A stretch of 63,212 nt of DNA, the filler included, from Folioceros fuciformis (taxonomy: Eukaryota), in NCBI GenBank assembly GCA_049999805.1. It is 5 parts of 5 records of this genome, joined end to end, with 100 filler letters (N's around TTAATTAATTAA, not from the genome) between each part and the next. Parts side by side here need not be neighbours in the genome. Positions count along the whole stretch, not along the records: positions 21,935 to 39,855 come from JBNGIO010005398.1; positions 39,956 to 50,115 come from JBNGIO010005399.1; 3 more parts are not named here. One strand, given 5' to 3'. The position numbers and the translations under genes are program-made. Of this stretch, positions 37,787 to 48,552 are shown piece after piece. Below the pieces are notes generated by a model. It saw only the letters and a program-made list of their open reading frames with translations, had not been told where the DNA came from and searched no databases. Every line of letters starts with the position of its first letter. Within the stretch, counting starts at the first letter, position 1.

Positions 37787-37914
37787 GTAGTCGTCGTGAA
37801 GGATTCGGAATCGGGGCCGGTTCGCTGCCATCGTTGAAGAGGGCTTTTACGTCTGTTAGCTGGTGCCTGCGAGCTACACGGTCTGTGTCGTGTCCCTTTC
37901 CAGCTGAGGGCTAC
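37787..37914 (+). ncRNA. Candidate atypical C/D box snoRNA (~128 nt)
   Basis: Terminal stem GTAGTC/GGCTAC, box C variant GTGAAGG at 37796, box D CTGA at 37904. Guide GTGTCCCTTTCCAG is complementary (2 G-U) to recalled plant 25[15 protein letters not shown]. Confidence 0.5.
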
Positions 37915-37966
37915 AGTCGTCAGTCTGTCTGTATGTTCGTGAGCTCCTAGTTCGGGACGATGGGAT

Positions 37967-38056
37967 GGGCCACCGAGATGACGAATCTATGATTCCCTAT
38001 TGGTTTGATGGCCGGAATGATGGCCTTATTGATTCAAACTTGCTGATCAGTGGCCC
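37967..38056 (+). ncRNA. C/D box snoRNA predicted to guide 2'-O-methylation of 25S rRNA A2934 (yeast numbering)
   Basis: Perfect 7-bp terminal stem GGGCCAC/GTGGCCC; C box ATGACGA at 37978, D' TTGA at 38005, C' ATGATGG at 38017, D CTGA at 38043. The 12-nt guide TTCCCTATTGGT is the exact complement of 25S ACCAAUAGGGAA. Confidence 0.8.
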
Positions 38057-38250
38057 TCTCTCCATTGAGTTGGTCACAACCTGGACCCAACTGGCTTCCT
38101 TGGTCGTAGCGTCCTCCACGAAAGACGGGTGTAGTGGGTTTGATTGTGGTCTACACACGGCACGCAACACGGGTCCACGCCGGCTCCATTGAAGTCGCAG
38201 CTTTCTCTCGAATCTACGACTTGGTATCTTCACTACCCCTGAGCTTAGAA
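38057..38250 (+). ncRNA. Possible third structured ncRNA of the cluster, class unknown
   Basis: Dense inverted repeats (TGGACCC/GGGTCCA, GTGTAG/CTACAC, AAGTCG/CGACTT, GGTCGTAG/CTACGACT) and no credible ORF. Confidence 0.3.
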
Positions 38251-38889
38251 TATTGTTCATGAATGACGAGCGTAAAACCCAAACTTTGTTGAAGTGGCTA
38301 TGGATGAAATTAAAGAGTTACACAGACTCGTCGATGGAAGCACAATATTGCAAATCAGAATCACAGTTTGGATCAATTCTTTTTGGACAGATCCTGCACG
38401 TTCACATGCAGAAACTTGCTCATGCTATTTGCAAGAACTGCCCTCATTCGGCTCGTCTCAAACGTTCCCACGTCTTTTCCGAAGAGAAAAACACTGGAAT
38501 TACCGTGCGCTCACACATGTTCCGTCCACAATCATGCACAGTGTTTTCTATTCCATGAAAACGTGCATTGAATCGGACGTACCAACTTTCACCCACGTTG
38601 CAACGATTTGGGTCAAAAAATATTTAAGTAGGAAGAGAGTTTATGTACAATTCGGAAGTAGTACCTAAACCATAGGCCCTCAGCTCAAACCGAGGCCCAA
38701 TTGTATCCTATATCTGTCATGCACCTCTTCTGTACCCAGTGATGGCAGCTCCGGAGGTTGGCAACACAAGGTACAAGGTTGACGGACAGAGTTCAGGATG
38801 ACCTGAACATCTAGCCCCAGGTGACCCAGATCGCGAAGACTTTAACAGCAGGGACGCACATTCGACTGTGGTCCTTCGAATTCCTGCGA

Positions 38890-39855
38890 TCAAGCGTAAG
38901 AAGGCTTGATAAGCCCCAGGTTGTAGAAGAGCTGGGACTTCAAGAGGTTGCCGAAAGAAAACTTGGGCTTCACGACTTCTCTGGGAGGAGACTTGACAGA
39001 CCGGGGTGGAATCTCCACAGCCACTTTCAACATGGTCTGCCCGATCTGTTTCCTGACTGCCTCCACTACTTTCATGTCCACAGGGCACCCGCTGGCGTCG
39101 ACCACGTAGAACACGTTGACAGCTTGATCATCATGAGTGGCCACATCTGCCCTAGTCACGGAAATATTGTTCGTTGAGAAGGTACGAGTGATCTCTGACA
39201 GCAGCCCTACTCTGTCACTCGCACACAACTCTAGCCGCAGGCCCTGAAATTAACGACAAAGCCACAGATCAGTTGCGTTATCTCAAGTGGCTTACGGTAG
39301 CTAAAATCTGAATCAAGGCACTGTCGGGGGCTTACAGCTGGGGACCGTCTCTCGATCGCTGCTTTCAAGCATTTGACCAACTTCCTTCCGGCATCAGCGT
39401 CTAAAATTTCACCGTTTTTTCGACGAATAAAGTAATCCTGACGAACAAAAACACACATCCCATGAGACCTCCACAGAAAAAAAATGCAAGGCATTTTACC
39501 CTCCAAGGCCAAAGATACTGCAAATCCGTCGAGAGGGGCTGCGATCTCACCTGCACGGCTTCTCCGTTCTCCGAGTCGATGGTAGCATGGACAACAACGT
39601 AATCCATGTCTGTCAATGTGCAAACTGTGTCAAACAGAAGCTTAGGTCGGTCCTTGCACGTGATATTCACGACTGAGTAACCCTTCTCGTCTCTCACTTG
39701 CACAACAGGTTCATTCCTGTTGTCCGCAGAGGAGGTCTCCGCCGGTTCGTAGTCCCTGTCGGCGTACATGAGCTGGTGGAGTCTCCGTTCAGAATGAGTT
39801 TCCTCCAAAGCGAAATCAGTCCTAGACGACCTGTCCCCATCGTCTTTCATCACCT
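38890..39855 (-). CDS. ACR: ACT domain repeat (ACR) protein, last three exons; 5' part cut by the contig end
   Basis: '[17 protein letters not shown]', '[30 protein letters not shown]', 'CLKAAIERR', '[17 protein letters not shown]'. Confidence 0.92.
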
Positions 39856-39955
39856 NNNNNNNNNNNNNNNNNNNNNNNNNNNNNNNNNNNNNNNNNNNNT
39901 TAATTAATTAANNNNNNNNNNNNNNNNNNNNNNNNNNNNNNNNNNNNNNNNNNNN
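39856..39955. other. Artificial contig linker
   Basis: N44-TTAATTAATTAA-N44. Confidence 0.97.
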
Positions 39956-41280
39956 GACTTGACCGTCCCGCGCAGGCTGAACATCGTGATGTGCAGGAAC
40001 AAGTTCCTCCACTTGTAGACGAGGGGAGAGTGCAACCAGCTCCGGTCGAGGCGCCAGTGCTTCGTAGGTCAGGAAGGATCTCACGTCCTCCTGACAGGTA
40101 TGTTGCATCTCTTGATTATGTCATGCTGACGGATTGTGGGGAGCCCTCTTGTTACCAAGAGGCCATGTCAGTGACTGACAAAAACAAGTGGGAGAAGGCG
40201 ATGCAGTCGCAGATGGATTCGCTCCATAAGAACCAAACTTGGGAGTTGGTTCGGTTGCCTAAGGGCAAGAAGGCGTTGCCATGCAAATGGGTGTATAAGA
40301 TGAAGGACATACCCCATTATGGCAAACCCAAGTACAAGGCACGATTGGTTGCTAAAGGTTTTAAGCAACAGCAAGGTATTGACTTTGATGAGATTTTCTC
40401 ACCAGTTGTCAAAATGACTACCTTGAGATGTGTTCTTGGTCTGGTTGCGAGGAACGACATGGAACTTGTCCAGATGGTAGTGAAGATGCATCTATAGTGG
40501 GATATACGGATGTTGATTATGCACGGGATATGGACAAAAGGAGGTCCACATCAGGTTATGTCTTCATGTGCACTGGAGGGGCAGTCTCATGGCGATCTCG
40601 TTTGCAATCGTGCATAACGCTATCTACCACAGAGGCCGAGTATGTTGCAGCGACTGAGGCTTGCAAGGAAGCCATGTGGCTTGCTCGTTTAGTGGGAGAT
40701 TTGGGGATCAAGGGTGAGCTGCCAGTGTTGCATTGTGATAGCCAGAGTGCTATCCAGTTGGCGAAGAATCCAGTGTTTCATGCGAAGACCAAACATGTGG
40801 AAGTGAAGTATCACTTCATTCGAGCGGTGTTGGAAGACAAGAGGGTACAGCTTGTCAAAGTTCACACCAGTTAGAACCCTGCAGATGTTCTTACCAAGAA
40901 GCTCTCTACGGAGCAATTCGCACAAGCTCGGACACTCATGGGCATGAGCTAGACCACTCTCTTATGAAGGTAAATTGGCCTTTAAGTGGGAGGTTGTAGG
41001 GTTATTAAAGCCCAATGTGCTTAGGCTAATGTGTTTAGTCTAAGATTAGTGTCTAGTTAATGTGCTTAGACTNNNNNNNNNNCTAATGTGTTTAGTCTAA
41101 GATTAGTGTCTAGTTAATGTGCTTAGACTAATGTGTTTAGTCTAAGATTAGTGTCTAGTTAAGTATCATTAGTTTAGATTAGCTTAAGCTAATCTGTAGG
41201 AAGCTTCTTGCGCAACTTCCTGTGAGCTTCTTGTGAAGCTTCCTAGGGAGCTCTTCTAGAGGGTATAAATACCCCCTTGA
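39956..41280 (+). mobile_element. Ty1/Copia 3' remnant: internally deleted RT, RNase H, PPT and start of the 3' LTR
   Basis: 'CKWVYK..YKARLVAKGF' jumps directly to 'GYTDVDY..LSTTEAEY..CDSQSAI..KTKHVEVKYHFIR'. PPT AAGTGGGAGG at 40984-40993, LTR start TGTAGG at 40995, TATAAATA near 41265. Confidence 0.9.
41026..41162. repeat. 45-bp tandem repeat inside the LTR, collapsed around a 10-N gap
   Basis: Unit CTAATGTGTTTAGTCTAAGATTAGTGTCTAGTTAATGTGCTTAGA, about 3 visible copies. Confidence 0.85.
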
Positions 41281-41299
41281 CCTCCCTTGCCAACTACTC

Positions 41300-42603
41300 T
41301 CAATGTGACCTCTTTTTCTCCTCTCCTCTCTGCCTCCTCTTCTCCTCTCCTCCACCATGCTCCTCTAGTGGTTCTACATCCTGCACCCCTCCAGTGCCCA
41401 TTCCTCTCGCCGTGATTTGTCTGCCCAGGAGTTCTCGCAACTTGTCCAGGTCCCCCACCTGCAACCTGTCTCTCTGAGGCCTGCACCTGAAAATGTCCTC
41501 CCACCCTGAAAAACCCTCCTGTGTTGTAACGCGCCCTAACTTATCCTCCTGTCTGGAGGAAACTGTGTCGGCTGCCATCACCTGATCCCGTGGCTCCTCG
41601 GGTCTTGTCTCACCCTGACCTTGTTCCTCCAACCTTCGGTCCTCGATTCCCTGGACAGCTGGTTCTGGTTCTCCCGCGGCTCCTCGGGTCTTGTCTCACC
41701 CTGACCTTGTTCCTCCAACCTTCGGTCCTCGATTCCCTGGACAGCTGGTTCTGGTTCTCCCTCCTGCTGGCCTGTCTGCTCCAGGGCTGTCCCCCCTTCC
41801 TCCTGATCAGCCCCCATGCTCACACTTGGTCCTCTGATCCTTTTCCTCCTGGTGGGAGCCTTCTTTTGTGGGGCCATCCTCTTCCTGGGCTTGGCTGGGG
41901 TTTCCTCCTGCGAGCTATCCCCACTGTCAGCTTCCCAACTGCTAGAGGCAGCCCTTACTGGCTCAGCGGGCTTCCACTTCACATCACGAACTGGCTTCCA
42001 CAGGTGCAGCGAGGTCAGCCTTTCTAGCTCAGTGACCACGTTAGCGTAACTGTACACGTGGATTAGAAACGGGGAAATCATAGAAGGTTCAGGGGTGGGT
42101 CGGATCAGGTTCTGCCTCTCCTCATCCATCCGGGTGTATAGAATCCTTCCCTAGTCGATCTTGGTGCCCTTCACTACTTCATGCACAAACAGGAGCATCT
42201 GATCGGACAGATAATCCTGTTTGCATACCCGGAAGAAGCTCAGGAACCACCTGGCCAATCCCAACAGCTGGGGACTTGCCATGTCGCGCACCAGCCACCC
42301 GTTCGCTTCCTTTCTTGTGCCTGCCTTGAGCAATGTTTCCGCCGCTCCCGTTCCGCCACGCCTCTTCAGGGACTCCAGCACCAGCCCCCCTTCCTCCTGT
42401 TGGTCGCGCCCGTAGACCCTCCTGACCAACTCCAAGTTCCATTCCTGGGGTCTGCCTCTGATCCCCTCCTCGCGTACGGGCTCTATCAGCCTCAGGGCGC
42501 ACTCCCTGACCAGCTGAGGTGCTGCATGGTTCCACTTCTGGGTCATAAAAGTCAGACCCAGCTCTGCCACCAATTTTCCTGCCCTCACTCTCCAATGCTC
42601 CAT
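41300..42603 (-). pseudogene. Interrupted retrotransposon accessory ORF (plant-transposon-protein-like) with an 86-bp tandem duplication at 41592-41761
   Basis: ORFs 42151-42603 and 41578-42129 are separated by a stop ('KID*GRIL', expected W), with 'ISPFLIHVY' and a charged low-complexity tail. Family assignment is inference. Confidence 0.45.
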
Positions 42604-44287
42604 GTTGGGCCACAGAAGTAGGTCGATTTGGGGGACAGGAGGTCCCCTCTCCTATCTAGAGGCTGCTGCTCCAGGGATCAGTTCAGGCCGCGACCTCATC
42701 CTGCCTGTCCCCCTCCTCTCGCGCTCGGACTCAGAACTCTTCTGTCCTGGTCGCGCTCTGGCCCTTCCTGTGTTCGCCCAGATCTCTCCACCGCTCGCGC
42801 CTTGGAGGTCTTCCACTCCCCTGCGCCTGCTCGACCCTTACGCCCTGCGCCGTCTGTCCCGTCGTCCTGGCGCTTTCGCCTTCCTCAACCACTTTATGCT
42901 TCAAGTTACTCCCGCTCCCCACGCTTCCGGATACTGGACAAAGCTCCCCTTTCTCTAGGGTTTTTATACCCTGCTTGCTTTCTCTTCTTACCGCCCATCG
43001 GACTACCACCAGTCGTTCCTCCGGCGACGGTTGCCCTGCCGGCTACCGTCGCCCCGTCGTCTCGGCCCTTACTTTGGCCTACCTTAATGTTCTCAAGGAC
43101 TCGAGGGTCAGGGAGGCACTCGCTGCTTCCTCCTTCCTCCTTGTCCCGATCTCCGGTACACCCCAAACCCCGAAGCCCAAGGTGGACTTTGGGTATAAAC
43201 ACCCTAGTCTTACTCGCTTACTAAGCCGATTCGCCTGTCCCTTCACAAAAAGAATCACAACCTGCTTATTCCGTCGCTCAAAATGGGGATTCCGAAAGTT
43301 TTTTTTCGTTCACACAACACCTAAATGGTATTCCAACTGCTTGGGCACTAACATGGGAGGCTGCTACTATTTCGCTAGTGTCATGCTTGAAGCCGCTTCA
43401 ACAAGTAGTTCTTACCATATGTGCAATATGGGGTCCTAGTTGTTTTCTAGTAGATGATTGTCTGGTAGAGATAGGTGCATTCAAACAAGCATGGGGGACA
43501 ATTATACATGTTGTGTTGTACTTATGGCATATTAAGAAGGCATAGCAACGGAACCTTTTAAGGAAGGTGAAATGTAGTATTGCAAGGAAGAAGATTGGGC
43601 TATTGTTGCAAAGATCATGTATGTGAAAGGCCATGGTACATATGAGGATACTGTTGCATGGGGTAGCGCATTATTAGAGTTCTTTATAAGGAGTGGCATG
43701 GAAACAAACCAATATTTATTGAGTACTTCAAGAAACATTGGGGTGAATCTACATGTATCTTTCTCCCATGTTGCACTATTGTTTTGGTAGCGTGAGGGTT
43801 GCATTCTTGGATGTACGTCTTGGAGTATAATGTCAAGCCACATTGATTAATTAGGGTACCTGATTAATCAAATAGATATAATTAGTCTAATTAGGTAGAT
43901 AAGGGATAGCCTAATTAGATCAGGGACAGATAGGTAGGGAACGCGTGACCCGTTTAGGGTTCGGAACTATCATTGTGCGAAATGGTGGAGAGGTTTTGAG
44001 AGTGGGCGGCATGGCAACGGTGGAGAAGAGGAGGACTGGGAGTGACGGCCAGGAGCAGCGTGAGAGATAAGTGCTGAACTTCTAGGCTCAGTCCCCCAAT
44101 TGTTAGAAGTTCTCTCGTTGAGCCTAAGCCTGCATTCAAGGTAGCTGGCCAAGGAACTACTTGTCAATCTAGTGCTCAGAATTAGAGTGAAAATCGTTGA
44201 TGGGCTGCATTGCAGTGTGAGCATGAGTGACTGGTCGTCTTAGCATGCCGCATCGGGGCTAGGTGGAGAACTTACTACGACTCGCAA

Positions 44288-44489
44288 ACCCAGCTGTTGT
44301 GCTTGCATGATTGAGGCCTGGCTCACAAAACCCAGCTGTTGTGCTTGCATGATTGAGGCCTGGCTCACAAAACCCATCGCTTAGGCAGGCAAGTTCACAA
44401 GTGCTAAGGTGCTCCATCGCGGGCATCAGCACGACGTCGGTGGACGCCAGCCTCCATCGCGGGCATCAGCACGACGTCGGTGGACGCCA
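44288..44489. repeat. Two local tandem duplications (~43 bp and ~40 bp units) in a retroelement leader/LTR-like region
   Basis: AAACCCAGCTGTTGTGCTTGCATGATTGAGGCCTGGCTCACA x2 and CTCCATCGCGGGCATCAGCACGACGTCGGTGGACGCCA x2. Confidence 0.85.
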
Positions 44490-46099
44490 TGGCTGGACAG
44501 TAAGTTGAGGCGCTCAGCTCAAGTGTCAAGGGGGATTCTAGCAAGCTGTGGTGTCCCGTCGCGAGCATAGGGTATTGTAAGTGCTGGACAGTGAGCGGGG
44601 GCAACCGACTCAAGCGGCAGAGGGATCCCAGCAAGCTGTGTGTCCCGTCGCGGGCACCAGGGTAGCGTTGGTGTATGGAGGTGCTGAGCAGCGGGTTGAT
44701 GGGCAACGACGAACGTGTGTGTGTGAGAGTGTCAAGAGCCGAGAGGAGGGGACTCAGTGAATGCAAGCTAAGCCTGCCCATGAACCCAAACCAACCCAAA
44801 TGTGTGGAAGGCCCGCTCACGGAGCTGGGGGGCGACTATACAGTCTGTGATCTGCAGGAAGGGGGGAGGACACTTAGGTGAAGCTGAATCCATCCAGTCG
44901 TGAGCTGGAGCCGAGGAAGGACAGATCGTGTGTGTGGGAGCAACGCCTGTGTGCACGCAAGGCCACCAACGCCGCTCTCAGGACTGAGAAGCCGAGGATC
45001 ACGACACTATGCTTGGGGTTTCGACGGGATGCTTGGATTGAGGCGCTGTGACTGACCCGTGGCGTGGTGTCTGGATTGCCAAGTTGTGCCTGAATTGTGA
45101 CACTGTGCCTGGCTCGTGACGTGGTGCGATTGAATTACAAAGCTGTACCTGGACCTCAACTCTGCAGCTGGATTGTGCAACTGAGCCTGGATCATAGCGC
45201 TGACCCGGCCTGGGCAGGCTGTGAGCAAGAGAGGAGACTTGGGTCACGGACAGTGCTGTGAGGGCGGGGACGAGCTTTGCCAACGTTGTTGGTGGAAGAC
45301 ATCACTAGGATCAGCATCAGCACTCGTGAAGTTTTCGTGGGGACATCGATACATGCAGCAATGTTCGTTGGTGGTAGTGAGTGTCAGTTAGTTGATGCAG
45401 ACAATTGCCCTTGCTGGACACCACTGGAAAATGTCGTGAAGCTGTATGATTACGTTTTTGTATGCGAAGACACTTCTAACAACTGTCCTAAACTTTGTGG
45501 CCATCGATTTGGTGTGCTGCGAGTTTTTGTCCATAATCGTTTATGGTTCTGGCTGTGTGCACAGAGAGACGCTCACCTTTCCTTGTTAGGATCAAGGTGT
45601 GGACTCACCGTGCTGAAGTTTTGGTGAGCTATGAGAAGGACAGGATATTCACCTTGCTGGATGTCTTGTTGAGGGTGGTACGCCGACTACTAAGCTGTAA
45701 GTATTGGTTTGGTCTAGACCTTGAGTGAACGGCACTTCAGGCTAGTGGACACTTGGCTGTCAATAGCGTAGGCCTGATGATGGTCTAGCAGAGAGTCAGA
45801 GTCAGTCAGTAGGCACAGGTTGCTATGCGCCCTTACATTTCTATATTTCTCTTAAATCACTGCTAATCACCGACCTTGTTTGGTTTCTGCATGGACTATA
45901 CATGCAATTTGATGGGAGTGACGATGAGCCAGCCTACCATATGAGGAGTAGGACTGTTCCACGGTGATCTTGGGTACCTCGGCAGAGGGCACGTCGTCAA
46001 TGGGCTGCCAAGCCTAGTTCACCTGAATAGAGACTAGCCGAGGAGTCAAGTGATCAACACCCTAGCCAGTGTGTCACAAACCGGAGTAGCATTGGGGAA

Positions 46100-48552
46100 G
46101 TGTTTGGACCTGCTAGGGCAATAGGAGCGAGCTGCTCGCCTCTGTCGAACATTGTTCAGACTGTCAGTGGAGACACTAGTTCGGAGGAAAAGGAGTTTGA
46201 GGAGTCTGATACTAGGGAGGGATCAGGGGCACCTGTTCACAAGTCTGAAAAGTTTTCTGGCATGCTAGGGACGCAAACCCTCAGGGATTTCAAGTTGTTC
46301 TATGGCTTCTTAACCAGTCGCGTTAAGTTTAATCATGGAGCTGCATACACTCATAGGTATATGTTTGAACAGCTGCTTGGGTATCTAGCTGATGAAGCCT
46401 TGGACCTGTTTGAGATTCATGCACTAGAAATGTTGGCAGTGGTGGAAAAACTTAACCCTACTTACACAGCAGCCCTTCAAGTGGCATACAACAGTATGTT
46501 GGCCGCTGCGGTGGCCACTCACCAAGCAGGGATTGCAGCTGGTACTACTGCCACATCAGTCCCACCACTTATGGTGGTAAACATGACTCAGCAGGAAATG
46601 GCCACTGCTACAGCTGGCATCTCGGACAAGTTGGACGTGCCCAAGCACGACAACCCCGTGGAGGATTTCTTTGCGATTCTGGACAGAGCCTTTCCAACCA
46701 AGACTCCGGAGAAGATTGCGGAGCTTTCAGCCTTTGCGCGCAAGAAGGGTGAGACTGTCCAGATGGCCTTTAGATGATTGCAGAAGCTAAGAGATGGTAC
46801 GGGCATGCTGACCGACCAAGAGGCGGCTCAAAAGTTTTTGGTTGCCTTGGAGACTGATCCATTTTTTCACTATCGGCTGTTTACCATGTTGGTTGATAAG
46901 TATGGTGACAACTACACGCTGGATCAGGTCTACCAAGAAGCAGAGAGAAAGGAACTAGCCTTCTTAGCATATGCTTCGTAGCATACAAAAGCCTTTCACC
47001 ACTACCAACAGATGTTTTCAGGGAGGGGCAGTTCGTCAATCACCCAAGGCGTTGCCAGCAAGGGCAGGGAGGCTAAGCCCACCAAGGCCGGGGCACCAGC
47101 TACTGTCACCACACTTTGGAACAGGTGTGGCAGTGCTGACCATCTTCTGCCTGCACATAAGGTGGTTGCTGACTCCTTGCGTTGCACCCACTGCCAGAAA
47201 ACTGGCCATGTGGAAGTAGTCTGTTTTTCAAAATATTCGGAGCGACGACCATGGAAGACAGGGACAGGTTCCAGTGTTACCACCACCGCTGCCACTAAGC
47301 CGAACTGTGCTATAGGGGCAAGTGGTTCAGGAAGTACTTTAGCAGGAGCAGCTTCAAGGGGGAGCCCCATCAGCAAGAGCCAAGTCAAGCGTGACAAGGC
47401 TCAGCAGAAGACCGCTGCCCAAGTTGACAAATTGATAGCATTGGAGACAGCCATGGCAGCGTTGACCACTCAGGTCAGCACATTGGCAGCCAGCTTGAAT
47501 GCTGCTAAGTCTGTCAGTGTGGTGGAATTGGTGACTACCAAAACAACATCTGACCCTGATGAAGATTATGGTCCCGTCATGGAAGCTTTCGCTACACACA
47601 CAAAGCAGTCAGACTTGTCCAGGATGGGTGAACAACTACCACAAACGTGGTTAGGACATGCTTTGGGGACAATTGCTGTCACTACATGGCAGCATGGTGC
47701 TAGAACTGCTATGCCTAGGTCATTCCAGCAGCTTCCACCAGGGTCCAATGCACCAATAAGAAGGGCATACCATTTGCCTAAGGGAGATAAGGTGGAACAA
47801 GGAGCTGACCAAGTTTCCAGCCAGTGCCACAGGCCGGAAACGTTTAAGTCTGATCAAGCTGTCCAATTATTGACTATGGTGTTAACACACAAGGAGCTAT
47901 TGAAGAGGGTACACAAAGCACCATTACTTAGCTTGCAAGATGTGGGGCTTGAAGAAGACACCGTGGGTATCATGTTGCAGCCTTCACAGGCTGAGATGCC
48001 ACTGTCTTGCTCCAATCAGTCGGGGCTGAATTCACTTGTTGCAGGCAAGAGGGTGCAAGCTGCACAATTGGATTGAGAAAGTCAGGTTTGCCAGTCGTAC
48101 AGCCCACAAATCGGCGCAAGGCCACAATTGGCAATGTGCTGGTGGACAACCGTGGCAGCCACGTGCTGGTGAATGGGTTTGCGCCTAGAGCAGTGTTGTT
48201 GGACACAGGAGCACAACCAGTTATCATAAGAAAGGTTCTAGCTGCCAGACTGCGACTGGAAGGCAGTGCTTTGCAGCCGTCCCCCTGGAATATTCGCACA
48301 GCATCAGGAGCGGTTGAGCCTATCAAAGGGGAAACCACCCAACCAGTCAAGATCACTTTGAAGCCCAACACGGCGGATGAAGTGAGCTTGACGGTGTGCT
48401 GCCTGGTCACAGGAGCCACCAATTATGGCATTCTATTGGGACAGGAATTTTTGTTCCCTCTAGCAGTTTCTATTGACAACTGGACAGAACAGGCCTTTTA
48501 CAGGCCAAATTGGCAGCAAGGGGGAAAGCGCATTGCTTACCTGCCGCTAGAA
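46100..48552 (+). mobile_element. Degenerate Ty3/Gypsy-like gag and aspartic protease
   Basis: Successive ORFs split by stops; zinc knuckle 'CTHCQKTGHVEVVC'; protease 'VLLDTGAQPVII' and 'GILLG'. Confidence 0.75.

Noticed and set aside
38260-38335. Fourth C/D snoRNA (ATGACGA with GACGAG/CTCGTC stem)
   Set aside because: No terminal CTGA D box and no recognisable guide.
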